This document shows, piece by piece, positions 38,205 to 47,005 of a stretch of 64,000 nucleotides of DNA. The position numbers and the translations under genes were made by a program. Position 1 is the stretch's first letter. Each line of letters begins with the position of its first letter. Origin of the DNA: an uncultured Candidatus Saccharibacteria bacterium (GTDB lineage: Bacteria; Patescibacteriota; Saccharimonadia; Saccharimonadales; AWTP1-31). The notes below the pieces were generated by a model, which was given only the letters and a program-made list of their open reading frames with translations, was not told the origin of the DNA and searched no databases. The DNA lies in assembly GCA_964409615.1 (NCBI GenBank), contig CAYPDT010000001.1:587102-651101 (forward strand). The letters are read 5' to 3'.

Positions 38205-38879
38205 ATGGAAGAAGTTTTGTTAGTGGATAAGCCCAAAGGCTGGACTAGTTTTGACGTAGTTGGCAAAATTCGCTCAGAACTACGGAAAAAGACAGGACAG
38301 AAAATAAAAGTTGGCCACGCTGGTACCCTAGACCCACTGGCCACAGGTCTGCTCATCATCTTGGTTGGAAAGGCGACTAAACAACAAGACAGCTTTATGA
38401 AGCAAGACAAGACCTACGATGTTGTAATGCGATTGGGCGAGACGAGCATTACGGCTGATGCAGAAGGTGAAAAAACATATGTCTCAGACTATCGGCCGAC
38501 TGAAGCTGAAGTAAAAGCAGCAATCAATATGTTTATCGGCCAGATTAGCCAGATACCACCGGCCTACTCAGCAATCAAGATTGATGGTCAACGTGCCTAT
38601 AAATTGGCTCGTGCGGGTAAAGAGGTGAAAATTGAGCCACGTACTGTCACAATTTATGCGATAGAACAGATGAAGTATGAATATCCGACAATCAATTTCA
38701 CCGCAACTGTATCCAGTGGTACGTATATTCGATCACTGGTGACCGATATTGGAGATGTGCTAAAAACGGGGGCCTACATGACTGACTTACGGCGCACATC
38801 TATTGGCAAATACCACATCCAGAACGCACTTTCCCCAGAGCAAGCAATAACAGAGGTGGCTATTAGCGACAACAGATGA
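38205..38879 (+). CDS. truB: tRNA pseudouridine(55) synthase
   Basis: ..LLVDKPKGWTSFDVV.. and the catalytic ..VGHAGTLDPLATGLL.. motif. Confidence 0.9.
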   Translation: MEEVLLVDKPKGWTSFDVVGKIRSELRKKTGQKIKVGHAGTLDPLATGLLIILVGKATKQQDSFMKQDKTYDVVMRLGETSITADAEGEKTYVSDYRPTEAEVKAAINMFIGQISQIPPAYSAIKIDGQRAYKLARAGKEVKIEPRTVTIYAIEQMKYEYPTINFTATVSSGTYIRSLVTDIGDVLKTGAYMTDLRRTSIGKYHIQNALSPEQAITEVAISDNR

Positions 38880-38891
38880 TACCATTGGGTA

Positions 38892-40547
38892 ATGGTTATC
38901 TCTGTCAACATCGCCGAAAAATCTTTTGGCAGTAACATTCTGTACCAAGACTTGCGTTTGGATATTCAAGATGGAGAAAAAATTGGGCTTATTGGGCGTA
39001 ATGGTACCGGTAAGACCACCCTCTTGCACATTATGACCGGAGAGGACACCGACTACGACGGTTCAATCCAGGCTAAAAAGGGAAGCATTGTTATTGGTAG
39101 CAGACAAGAGCATCATGGCTTTGAAGATACCTCGGTTATGGAGTACATCCTGGGAGACTTGCCAGAATATGCTAAACATAAACACATCCTAGATACCTAT
39201 CCGGCCACTATGGGCGATAATGAGCGAAAAATGCACACCTATTCCGAGGCACTCGAGCGGTTTAGTCAGTTGGGTTACTTTGAGGTAGAAAACGAAATTT
39301 TTGAAGCACTTACGGCCTACCAGGTTGAAGAAGAAATGGTGCAGGGGCCTCTCAAAAACTTAAGTGGTGGTCAAAAACGCATGGTAGAACTTGTCAAAGT
39401 TCAGCGTGCACGAGCTCATTTAGCACTGATTGACGAACCGACTAACCATATGGACTATGTAGCCAAAAAAGCCTTCCTGAAGTGGTTTAAGTCGGCCCGT
39501 GAAGCAGTAGTTGTTATTACGCACGACCGTGACGTACTACAAGCCGTAGACCGAATTATTGAAGTGCGCGATGGCCAAGCTTTTAGTTTTCCGGGCAATT
39601 ACGATGACTATCTGCGTATTAACACGGTAAAAATCACTTCCGAAGTGAGTCAATACAGTATGGTGCAGCGCCGAGTTTCTAACCTACGTGAAAACGTTAT
39701 TCGTTTTCGTCGACTCAAAGAACGTTCTCGCGACCCGGGAACCATCCAGCGCTTTAAATCTCTCGAAGTAAAAGCTGCTACTGAGCTAGCGGAGCTTGAA
39801 AAAACCGAGATGCCAACGTTCTGGATAGACCGTGAATCGGTGGGCGAGCTTAACGAAAAAATGGGCGCCGCCTACCAGAAGCACAAGGCTCGTAATATTA
39901 AGGTTGCTACAAAGAGTAACGAGCTCGAAACTACTCGACTGCTTGTAGAGGTTAAAGGGGTAAGTCTTGGCTATGATGAGCCGCTTTTCGGTGATATTTC
40001 TTTTGCCTTGCACGAAGGCGACCGCGTTCGTCTGCACGGACGTAATGGCGCCGGTAAGTCAACGCTCATCAAGGCTATAGTTGCTAAAATTCATGACCAA
40101 AAACCAGAATCCACCTTATTTGCCGGCACTATTGCCTGTGAGCGAGAGCTTTCGGTAGGGGTCTATGAGCAAGAGATTGACCCCCAGTACCTACCCTTAA
40201 CGCTCGCAGAAGCTATCGAACGAGCCTATATGGCTAAAGACGTGCCCATAAGTGACCAAAAGGTTAAACAGCTACTGGGTGATTACCTATTCAATCCAGC
40301 CACCGATGGCGACGTGCCGCTCAAACGACTGAGTGGTGGCCAGAAAGCTCGTTTTCAGTTGATGAACATGCTGGCCGGTGAGCCACACATTTTAGTGCTC
40401 GATGAACCAACTAACCACCTCGATCTACCAAGCATCGAAGAATTAGAAAATGCTCTGGAAATCTATCATGGAGCAGTCATCTACATCTCTCACGATTCAT
40501 ACTTTGCCAAAAACGTCGGAGGTACAACAATCGACATCCACGAATAG
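38892..40547 (+). CDS. ABC-F family ATPase (tandem ABC domains, no TMD)
   Basis: Two Walker A motifs (GRNGTGKTT and GRNGAGKST), two LSGGQ signatures and an inter-domain linker. Typical of EttA/Uup-type translation factors. Confidence 0.85.
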   Translation: MVISVNIAEKSFGSNILYQDLRLDIQDGEKIGLIGRNGTGKTTLLHIMTGEDTDYDGSIQAKKGSIVIGSRQEHHGFEDTSVMEYILGDLPEYAKHKHILDTYPATMGDNERKMHTYSEALERFSQLGYFEVENEIFEALTAYQVEEEMVQGPLKNLSGGQKRMVELVKVQRARAHLALIDEPTNHMDYVAKKAFLKWFKSAREAVVVITHDRDVLQAVDRIIEVRDGQAFSFPGNYDDYLRINTVKITSEVSQYSMVQRRVSNLRENVIRFRRLKERSRDPGTIQRFKSLEVKAATELAELEKTEMPTFWIDRESVGELNEKMGAAYQKHKARNIKVATKSNELETTRLLVEVKGVSLGYDEPLFGDISFALHEGDRVRLHGRNGAGKSTLIKAIVAKIHDQKPESTLFAGTIACERELSVGVYEQEIDPQYLPLTLAEAIERAYMAKDVPISDQKVKQLLGDYLFNPATDGDVPLKRLSGGQKARFQLMNMLAGEPHILVLDEPTNHLDLPSIEELENALEIYHGAVIYISHDSYFAKNVGGTTIDIHE

Positions 40548-40646
40548 ACATCCGCGGAGTGATGTTTATACTTGCTACGAAGGGGCTAATCTGTTAAAAT
40601 GGTCGTAACGCCATCAACCAATCTCTTAATAAGTTAAAGGAACTGA

Positions 40647-40925
40647 ATGATTTCAACAGAGAAGAAGCAAAAGGTTATTACCGACCTACAAAAGAGCAAG
40701 ACTGATACTGGTAGTAGCGCAGTACAGGTAGGCATCCTTACCGAACGAATCAAAGAACTTACTGAACACCTTAAGATTAACAAAAAAGATTTTATGGCCC
40801 GACGTGGTCTGCTACAAATGGTTGGTCAGCGTAAGCGACATCTCAAATACATTGCTAGCAAAGATAGCAAAGAATATCTCGACCTTATCAAAAAACTTGG
40901 TATCCGACAGTCTAAAGGCAACTAA
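40647..40925 (+). CDS. rpsO: 30S ribosomal protein S15
   Basis: ..DTGSSAVQVGILTERIKELTEHLK..HKKD..RRGLL.. is the S15 signature. Classic rpsO-pnp linkage. Confidence 0.92.
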   Translation: MISTEKKQKVITDLQKSKTDTGSSAVQVGILTERIKELTEHLKINKKDFMARRGLLQMVGQRKRHLKYIASKDSKEYLDLIKKLGIRQSKGN

Positions 40926-40938
40926 TCTGCATAGACTA

Positions 40939-40957
40939 CTGCCCTGAGTCAGGGCAG
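40939..40957 (+). terminator. hairpin immediately after rpsO (CTGCCCT-gagtc-AGGGCAG), no U-tract
   Basis: 7-bp perfect stem 12 nt after the rpsO stop. May be a processing site or partial terminator in the rpsO-pnp transcript. Confidence 0.35.
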
Positions 40958-41078
40958 GAGCTTGTGCACATTAAATTATCACTCTTCGTTGCAGATACCA
41001 GATATACTACGTGCCTTTAGCACAAGGGTTACTTATAACGTATATTTGCATCCTGCAACGAAAAGAAAGGAATAACAC

Positions 41079-43208
41079 TTGTCTACAATTAATCCATTCG
41101 GGAAAGACATAGTAAAAGTAGAGACCGAATTTTGCGGTCAAACTCTCAGCCTCGAAGTAGGGCGAGTTGGTTTTCGCACGAGCGCCAGCGTTATCGTACG
41201 TTACGGTGACACTGTAGTTCTAGGAACTGCCATGGTTGGTAAAAAACCTATCCAAGGCTTCGATTACTTCCCACTCAGCATCGATTATGAAGAAAAAATG
41301 TATGCTGCTGGCAAAATCAGCGGTAGCCGTTTTATTAAACGAGAGGGTCGACCTTCTGAAGACGCTATTCTAATTGGCCGTCTTATCGATCGCCCAATTC
41401 GTCCGCTGTGGCCAAAAGGCTACCGCCACGAAGTACAGGGTGTAACGAGTGTATTGAGTATGGACCCAGGCTTTCGCCCTGACATGATTGCTATGTTAGC
41501 CATGAGCACTGCCTTTATGTTAACCGGCGCACCATTCGACGGCCCAGTTGCTGGTGTTCGTGTGGGTATTAAAGACGGTAAGTTTGTGGCCTTTGCACCT
41601 GCTGAACTCTACGATGAAGGTGAACTCGACCTTGTTGTTGCTGGTACAAAAGATGCCATTATGATGGTCGAAGCTGGTGCCAATGAAGTACCAGAAGAAA
41701 AAATTGTCGAAGCATTAAGCTTTGCGCACAAGGCCATTCAGCCCGCAGTTGCACTACAAGAAGAGCTAATTAAGAAAATTGGTGTTCAGAAGCAGGAATT
41801 CGAACTGAGCCTACCAGACGAAGACATCCAAAAACGTGTTGATACATGGGTAGAGGGTAAGCTTGGTGCTGGCCTCCGTGCTCCATATCCAGAACGTAAC
41901 GAAATGGTTAACGCTGTTCGGCATCAGATGGAAGAACACTTCCAGGCTGAACTTGGCGAAGATGCTTACAAAGAACTACGACAAGAGTACGACGATGCTC
42001 TCACTATGGCTATCCACAAAGATGTCCGCAAGGGTATTGTCGAAGAAGGTTTGCGCCCAGATGGACGAAAAATGGATGAAATTCGACCACTCTCAAGTGA
42101 AGTTGGTATTTTGCCTCGAACCCACGGCTCAAGCTTGTTCACTCGTGGTATGACGCAGGCAATGAACATTGTTACGCTGGCACCACTCAGCTACTCGCAG
42201 CTTATTGATACTATGGAGCGCGACACAGTGAAGCGCTTTATGCATCACTATAATGCCCCTGGCTATACTGTTGGTGAAATTAAGCGACTTGGCTCACCAG
42301 GCCGTCGTGAAATTGGCCACAGCGCGCTCGCAGAGCGAGCACTGCTACCAGTTATTCCAGCAGAAGCCGACTTTCCGTATACCATCCGTTCAGTAACAGA
42401 AATTATGAGCCAAAACGGTAGTACCAGTATGGCTGCCACTTGCTCTAGTTGTCTTGCACTACTAGACGCTGGTGTGCCACTAATTCGTCCAGTGAGTGGT
42501 ATTGCCATGGGCTTAATGCTCGATGGTAAAAAACCAATAATCCTTAGTGATATTGCCGATGCCGAAGACTTTGCTGGAGATATGGACTTTAAGGTAACTG
42601 GTACTACCAAAGGTATTACTGCGCTTCAGATGGACATGAAGGTGCACGGCTTGCCAGTAGAGACTCTTGCTGAAGCGCTAGCTAAAGGTAAGATTGGTCG
42701 AGCAAAGATTCTCGAACACATGACTAGCGTTATGAGTGGTCCTCGTGAAACAATGAGCCCATACGCGCCGCGTGTTGAAGCAATTCAAATTAATCCAGAC
42801 AAGATTCGTGAAGTCATTGGTAAGGGCGGTGAAGTAATTCAAAAGATTACTGCCGAAACTGGTGCAGAAATTGACATCAAAGATGACGGAACTATCATGA
42901 TTGCCAGCCCAGATGGCGCTAGCATTGATGCTGCAAAGCAGTGGATTCAGTCAATCGTGGCAGAGCCGGAAGTCGGTAAAATCTATAAAGATGTGCCAGT
43001 TGTCAGTGTGCTCGACTTTGGTGCCTTCGTACAAATTATGCCTGGTAAAGATGGCTTGGTTCATGTTTCCGAGATGAGCGAAGAGCGTGTTAATAAGCCA
43101 AGTGATGTTGTTAAAGAGGGTGATAAAGTGACAGTCAAACTGGTTGCTATAGATGACCGTGGCCGACTACAGCTAAGTATGAAAGCCGCAGCTAAAGAGA
43201 GTAAGTAG
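41079..43208 (+). CDS. pnp: polynucleotide phosphorylase
   Basis: TTG start with an AAAGGAA RBS. Two RNase PH domains, then KH (..VIGKGGEVIQKI..) and S1 domains. Confidence 0.92.
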   Translation: MSTINPFGKDIVKVETEFCGQTLSLEVGRVGFRTSASVIVRYGDTVVLGTAMVGKKPIQGFDYFPLSIDYEEKMYAAGKISGSRFIKREGRPSEDAILIGRLIDRPIRPLWPKGYRHEVQGVTSVLSMDPGFRPDMIAMLAMSTAFMLTGAPFDGPVAGVRVGIKDGKFVAFAPAELYDEGELDLVVAGTKDAIMMVEAGANEVPEEKIVEALSFAHKAIQPAVALQEELIKKIGVQKQEFELSLPDEDIQKRVDTWVEGKLGAGLRAPYPERNEMVNAVRHQMEEHFQAELGEDAYKELRQEYDDALTMAIHKDVRKGIVEEGLRPDGRKMDEIRPLSSEVGILPRTHGSSLFTRGMTQAMNIVTLAPLSYSQLIDTMERDTVKRFMHHYNAPGYTVGEIKRLGSPGRREIGHSALAERALLPVIPAEADFPYTIRSVTEIMSQNGSTSMAATCSSCLALLDAGVPLIRPVSGIAMGLMLDGKKPIILSDIADAEDFAGDMDFKVTGTTKGITALQMDMKVHGLPVETLAEALAKGKIGRAKILEHMTSVMSGPRETMSPYAPRVEAIQINPDKIREVIGKGGEVIQKITAETGAEIDIKDDGTIMIASPDGASIDAAKQWIQSIVAEPEVGKIYKDVPVVSVLDFGAFVQIMPGKDGLVHVSEMSEERVNKPSDVVKEGDKVTVKLVAIDDRGRLQLSMKAAAKESK

Positions 43209-43255
43209 TAGGGTATTTGTGCTAACAGCAGATAAAAGCATAGAAGGGGTGGGAA

Positions 43256-43450
43256 ATGGCCAAAAGTAGTGGGTTTTTAAAAACGCGTAAGGGCTTGGTA
43301 GTTTCAGGGCTATTGGCCTTTGTGGCTGGTTGGTTTATGTTCCTCAAGGCAGTAGATACAGGTAGTCTCCAGCAATATGGGCTACTTATTGTTCTGATTG
43401 TCTTTGGTGTAAATCGGCTACTAAAAGCACTATTTCCTACAAAAAAATGA
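43256..43450 (+). CDS. small 2-TM membrane protein
   Basis: 64 aa with two hydrophobic helices. Stop overlaps the udg start. Confidence 0.3.
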   Translation: MAKSSGFLKTRKGLVVSGLLAFVAGWFMFLKAVDTGSLQQYGLLIVLIVFGVNRLLKALFPTKK

Positions 43451-44037
43451 TGACTCAAAGTCTACTTGACCAAATTAAGGCAGATATCCTAGCAAAGAAT
43501 ATCTGTCCGGATTTGGCCAAGCAGGCCAATCAACTTGTCTTTGGTTCTGGCAACCCCGATGCCGATATTGTGTTTATCGGTGAAGCACCAGGCAAAAACG
43601 AAGACTTAACTGGCGAGCCATTTGTTGGTGCAGCAGGGAAGTTCCTCGACGAGATGCTAGCCAGTATCAATCTCAAACGTTCGGACATTTACATTACAAA
43701 TATCGTGAAGTACCGACCCCCAAATAACAGGGATCCGTTACCCGAAGAAAAAGAGGCATTTTTACCCTTTTTGTACGCTCAGTTAGCAGCAATTAACCCT
43801 CGCATTATCGTGACTCTCGGTCGCCATAGTACAAATTGCTTCTTACCGGGTCTACAAATTAGTCAGATCCACGGTCAACCAAAACGTATCAATGCAACAG
43901 TGCGCGGTACAGAGCTTTCATGGGTAATACTACCGCTCTACCATCCCGCTGCTGCCTTATACAACGGGTCTATGCGACAAGTATTGCTAGATGATTTCGC
44001 GACCGTACCATCAATAATTACCAAGATTACAAAGTAA
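43447..44037 (+). CDS. uracil-DNA glycosylase, family 4-like
   Basis: ..[38 protein letters not shown].. and ..[15 protein letters not shown].. motifs. Fe-S Cys ligands appear absent. Confidence 0.75.
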   Translation: MMTQSLLDQIKADILAKNICPDLAKQANQLVFGSGNPDADIVFIGEAPGKNEDLTGEPFVGAAGKFLDEMLASINLKRSDIYITNIVKYRPPNNRDPLPEEKEAFLPFLYAQLAAINPRIIVTLGRHSTNCFLPGLQISQIHGQPKRINATVRGTELSWVILPLYHPAAALYNGSMRQVLLDDFATVPSIITKITK

Positions 44038-44061
44038 TTCTCTTAGAATAAAAGGAGAAAA

Positions 44062-46185
44062 ATGAACCCTAATAACAAACCAAATAACAATAGACCAAGA
44101 CCAAACGGTAATGGTCAACCAAAACGCCCAGCAGGGCAAAACAATCGTGGTCCACGAACGCCCCGCCCAGCCAGCGCTAATCCAGCTCAGCCTCAGCCTT
44201 CTGTTCGAAGTGTATCTCGGGGTGCTGCCTTACGTGCACAGAAGCGTAATCAAGAAGATGCAACCCGCATCGCTAACCAGCATCTTGATGCCGGTAGTAA
44301 GAACCAAAAAGTACAACGAGCCAACTTTATCGATGACACTCCTCGTGTCAAAGTAATTGGTCTTGGCGGTATGGATAGTGGTGGATCAAAAAATACCATC
44401 CTGGTTGAGTATATGAACGATGCAGTCATTATGGACTGCGGCAACGACCTCGGAGTTGACTTGCCAGGTATTAACTATGGTATCGTCGATACAACGTATC
44501 TTGAATCTATCAAGCACAAACTTCGTGCCTACATTATTACTCACGGTCACCTTGATCACATCGGTGGCCTGCCGCACATCGTGCCAAAGTTCCCGGCGCC
44601 AATCTACGGTAGTAAGTTTACTATCGGTCGCGTCGAAGAAATCTTCGAAAACTTTGGCTTACCGCAGCCAGATGGTTTTGAGCTTAAAACTGTCACAATG
44701 AATGAAAACACTCATGAACGCCTCAAGATTGGCAGCTTCTTTGTTGAGCTCGTTCGTATTACGCACTCAATTCCTGGCTCAACCTGTATCGTCTTAGACA
44801 CGCCAGTTGGCCGCTTGATTAACACTGGCGACTTTAGGCTCGACCCCAACCCTTTAGACCACGAAAAGTCTGACATGGAGCGCTTGCAACAACTTGGCGA
44901 AGAAGGCGTGCTAGCGCTATTGAGCGAGAGCACGACCACCGACCGACCTGGCCGTACCCCAAGTGAAAGCACCATTGAGCAGAGTATCATCGATATCATG
45001 GATAACGCCCCAGGGCGAATTTTCGTTGGGCTATTTAGTACCAACATGAACCGTGTGCAAATGATTATCAATGCCGCTGTTCATCATGGCAAAAAGGTTG
45101 CTATGGACGGACGAAGTATGGTGAGCACACTCGAAATGGCTGTGCGCCATGGTTTTGTGCGGATACCAAAGGGCACCTTCGTGCCAATTGCTTCTGCAAG
45201 TACCATGAAAGACCAAGACCTAGTTGTAGTTTGTACTGGTTCGCAAGGTGAGCCTAGTTCTGCATTACAGCGCATGAGTAGTGGTGACCACAAGCACGTC
45301 AAACTAAAAGAGCAGGATACTGTTATCTTGTCCAGCTCACCAATCCCGTATACCGGAAACGATGCCAAAATTCGTTCTATGGTTGATGAGTTTATGAAGA
45401 AAGGCGTTCACGTCTTTCAGCACATCACTCGTGATATCGATGAACATGGCCCGCTGCACGTTTCTGGGCATGCCAGTGTTGATGAATACGCAGACATGAT
45501 TAACATTACTAAGCCAAAATTCTTTATTCCGATTTACGGCGACTACACTGCCAAAACGCGGCATATTGATATTGCTATCAACCAGGGTATTCCACGCAAA
45601 AACACCATGAACGTCGAGAATGGTGAAGTGATTGCTTTCACTGCAAACACTATGGAGCATGGCGGTACTGTGCCGCATGGAACTGTTTTGGTTGACCAAA
45701 CAGGAGCAATCGTCAGTAACGTTGTAGTCAAAGACCGCCTCATGCTAGCCGAAGAAGGTCTCGTTGCGGTAGTACTAACTATCGATAAGCGCTCAGGTAA
45801 CCTGGCGACCAGCCCAGACATTATTAGCCGTGGGTTCATCTATATGCGTGACAACGAAGAGCTTATGAACGCTTTTCGTTCTGAATTGCGTAGAGCTGTT
45901 GGTCAGCGCTTTAAGCGGGTCGACCTTGACCGCTTTAAGCAAGAGATTAAAGAGCATGTTACGCACTTCTTGTTCGAGCAAACGCAGCGCAGCCCGATTG
46001 TGATTCCGGTTGTTAACGTGATTGGCGGCAAGCCAGCCGGCGACAACAAGAATAACGCAAACAGGCCAGCTGTTACACCAAAAGATGCACCAGCACCAAC
46101 GCCAGAAGAGCAGGCGGCCGAGATGCAAGAACGCTTTCAACAGATGCGTGCTAAGCTTCTCAATCAAGACCCTCGTACCGATTAA
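44062..46185 (+). CDS. rnj: ribonuclease J with N-terminal disordered extension
   Basis: Metallo-beta-lactamase ..ITHGHLDHIGGLP.., beta-CASP and RNase J C-terminal domain. About 80 aa Asn/Pro/Arg-rich N-terminal tail. Confidence 0.9.
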   Translation: MNPNNKPNNNRPRPNGNGQPKRPAGQNNRGPRTPRPASANPAQPQPSVRSVSRGAALRAQKRNQEDATRIANQHLDAGSKNQKVQRANFIDDTPRVKVIGLGGMDSGGSKNTILVEYMNDAVIMDCGNDLGVDLPGINYGIVDTTYLESIKHKLRAYIITHGHLDHIGGLPHIVPKFPAPIYGSKFTIGRVEEIFENFGLPQPDGFELKTVTMNENTHERLKIGSFFVELVRITHSIPGSTCIVLDTPVGRLINTGDFRLDPNPLDHEKSDMERLQQLGEEGVLALLSESTTTDRPGRTPSESTIEQSIIDIMDNAPGRIFVGLFSTNMNRVQMIINAAVHHGKKVAMDGRSMVSTLEMAVRHGFVRIPKGTFVPIASASTMKDQDLVVVCTGSQGEPSSALQRMSSGDHKHVKLKEQDTVILSSSPIPYTGNDAKIRSMVDEFMKKGVHVFQHITRDIDEHGPLHVSGHASVDEYADMINITKPKFFIPIYGDYTAKTRHIDIAINQGIPRKNTMNVENGEVIAFTANTMEHGGTVPHGTVLVDQTGAIVSNVVVKDRLMLAEEGLVAVVLTIDKRSGNLATSPDIISRGFIYMRDNEELMNAFRSELRRAVGQRFKRVDLDRFKQEIKEHVTHFLFEQTQRSPIVIPVVNVIGGKPAGDNKNNANRPAVTPKDAPAPTPEEQAAEMQERFQQMRAKLLNQDPRTD

Positions 46186-46336
46186 CTCGGTGCATGACGT
46201 CTTAGTAAAGCACCCTGGAGCATTCCTGCACCAGGGTGTTTTTTACCAACAGCTATATTATGATGCAAGATTGACAAAAAAGCATAAGCATGTTACATTG
46301 TATTCATACTAAATAAAAACAAAAAGGTTATACAAA

Positions 46337-46639
46337 ATGCCAATTCCTAAACTCGTAGCCCTCGCTCCAAAAGACGCTATTAACAGTGGCAATAGCGCTG
46401 ATGCTGCTGATCACATTGTTGCTGTCCGAAAAGAACAATATGGCGCTCTTGCACCTAGTGAGATAACTAAAACCGCACCACAAGATGCCATAGGTTCACA
46501 AGCCGCCTTTGATGCCTTCCCAGACCAAGTCGACCTTAGTCCAGGAGCCGAACAGGCAATCGGTAGTCAAGTGCCCGTCTCTGAAGCACAAGTTACTATG
46601 GACGCAGTAGCGCATGGTGCAGCACGTAACGTGCAATAA
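46337..46639 (+). CDS. hypothetical small protein
   Basis: 100-aa ORF with an AAAGG RBS. No recognisable motif. Confidence 0.35.
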   Translation: MPIPKLVALAPKDAINSGNSADAADHIVAVRKEQYGALAPSEITKTAPQDAIGSQAAFDAFPDQVDLSPGAEQAIGSQVPVSEAQVTMDAVAHGAARNVQ

Positions 46640-46654
46640 CTAGAACCTAGTTCA

Positions 46655-46683
46655 TTGACAAACGTTGTAGAAATTGCTATAAT
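46655..46683 (+). promoter_or_regulatory. consensus sigma70 promoter TTGACA-N17-TATAAT
   Basis: Perfect -35 and -10 hexamers with a 17-nt spacer. Predicted TSS coincides with the ATG at 46691, giving a leaderless mRNA. Confidence 0.6.
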
Positions 46684-46690
46684 AAGCGAT

Positions 46691-46972
46691 ATGGAACATC
46701 CATCGCATACTTCCGAATCTACTTCACAAACTGAGCCACGTATTATCGGTGACATTCTTGCCGAGGGAGTTATTGGCCGAACTGCTATATCTCGTGAAAC
46801 AGAGGTGCGTGATGCTGATTTGCAGAGTGAAGTCGCTGGTCTTAAAGAAGAAGTTGATTCTATCAGAGAACAAATGGCCGCCGGTGAACAACTGGACCAA
46901 GCATACGTTGGCGGTCTCAAACATGCACACTTAGATGCAAAGGGGCAGCAGTCACAAAACCAGACTGGCTAG
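46691..46972 (+). CDS. hypothetical small acidic protein, likely leaderless
   Basis: ATG 8 nt after the consensus -10. The ORF-track TTG at 46655 is actually the -35 box. Confidence 0.4.
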   Translation: MEHPSHTSESTSQTEPRIIGDILAEGVIGRTAISRETEVRDADLQSEVAGLKEEVDSIREQMAAGEQLDQAYVGGLKHAHLDAKGQQSQNQTG

Positions 46973-47005
46973 ATTCCTGACCGATGGTATACTAGGGTAA
47001 GCATT

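Noticed and set aside
46655-46690. ORF-track TTG start at 46655 for the small protein
   Set aside because: The TTG is part of a perfect TTGACA -35 box, followed 17 nt later by TATAAT. The real start is the ATG at 46691.
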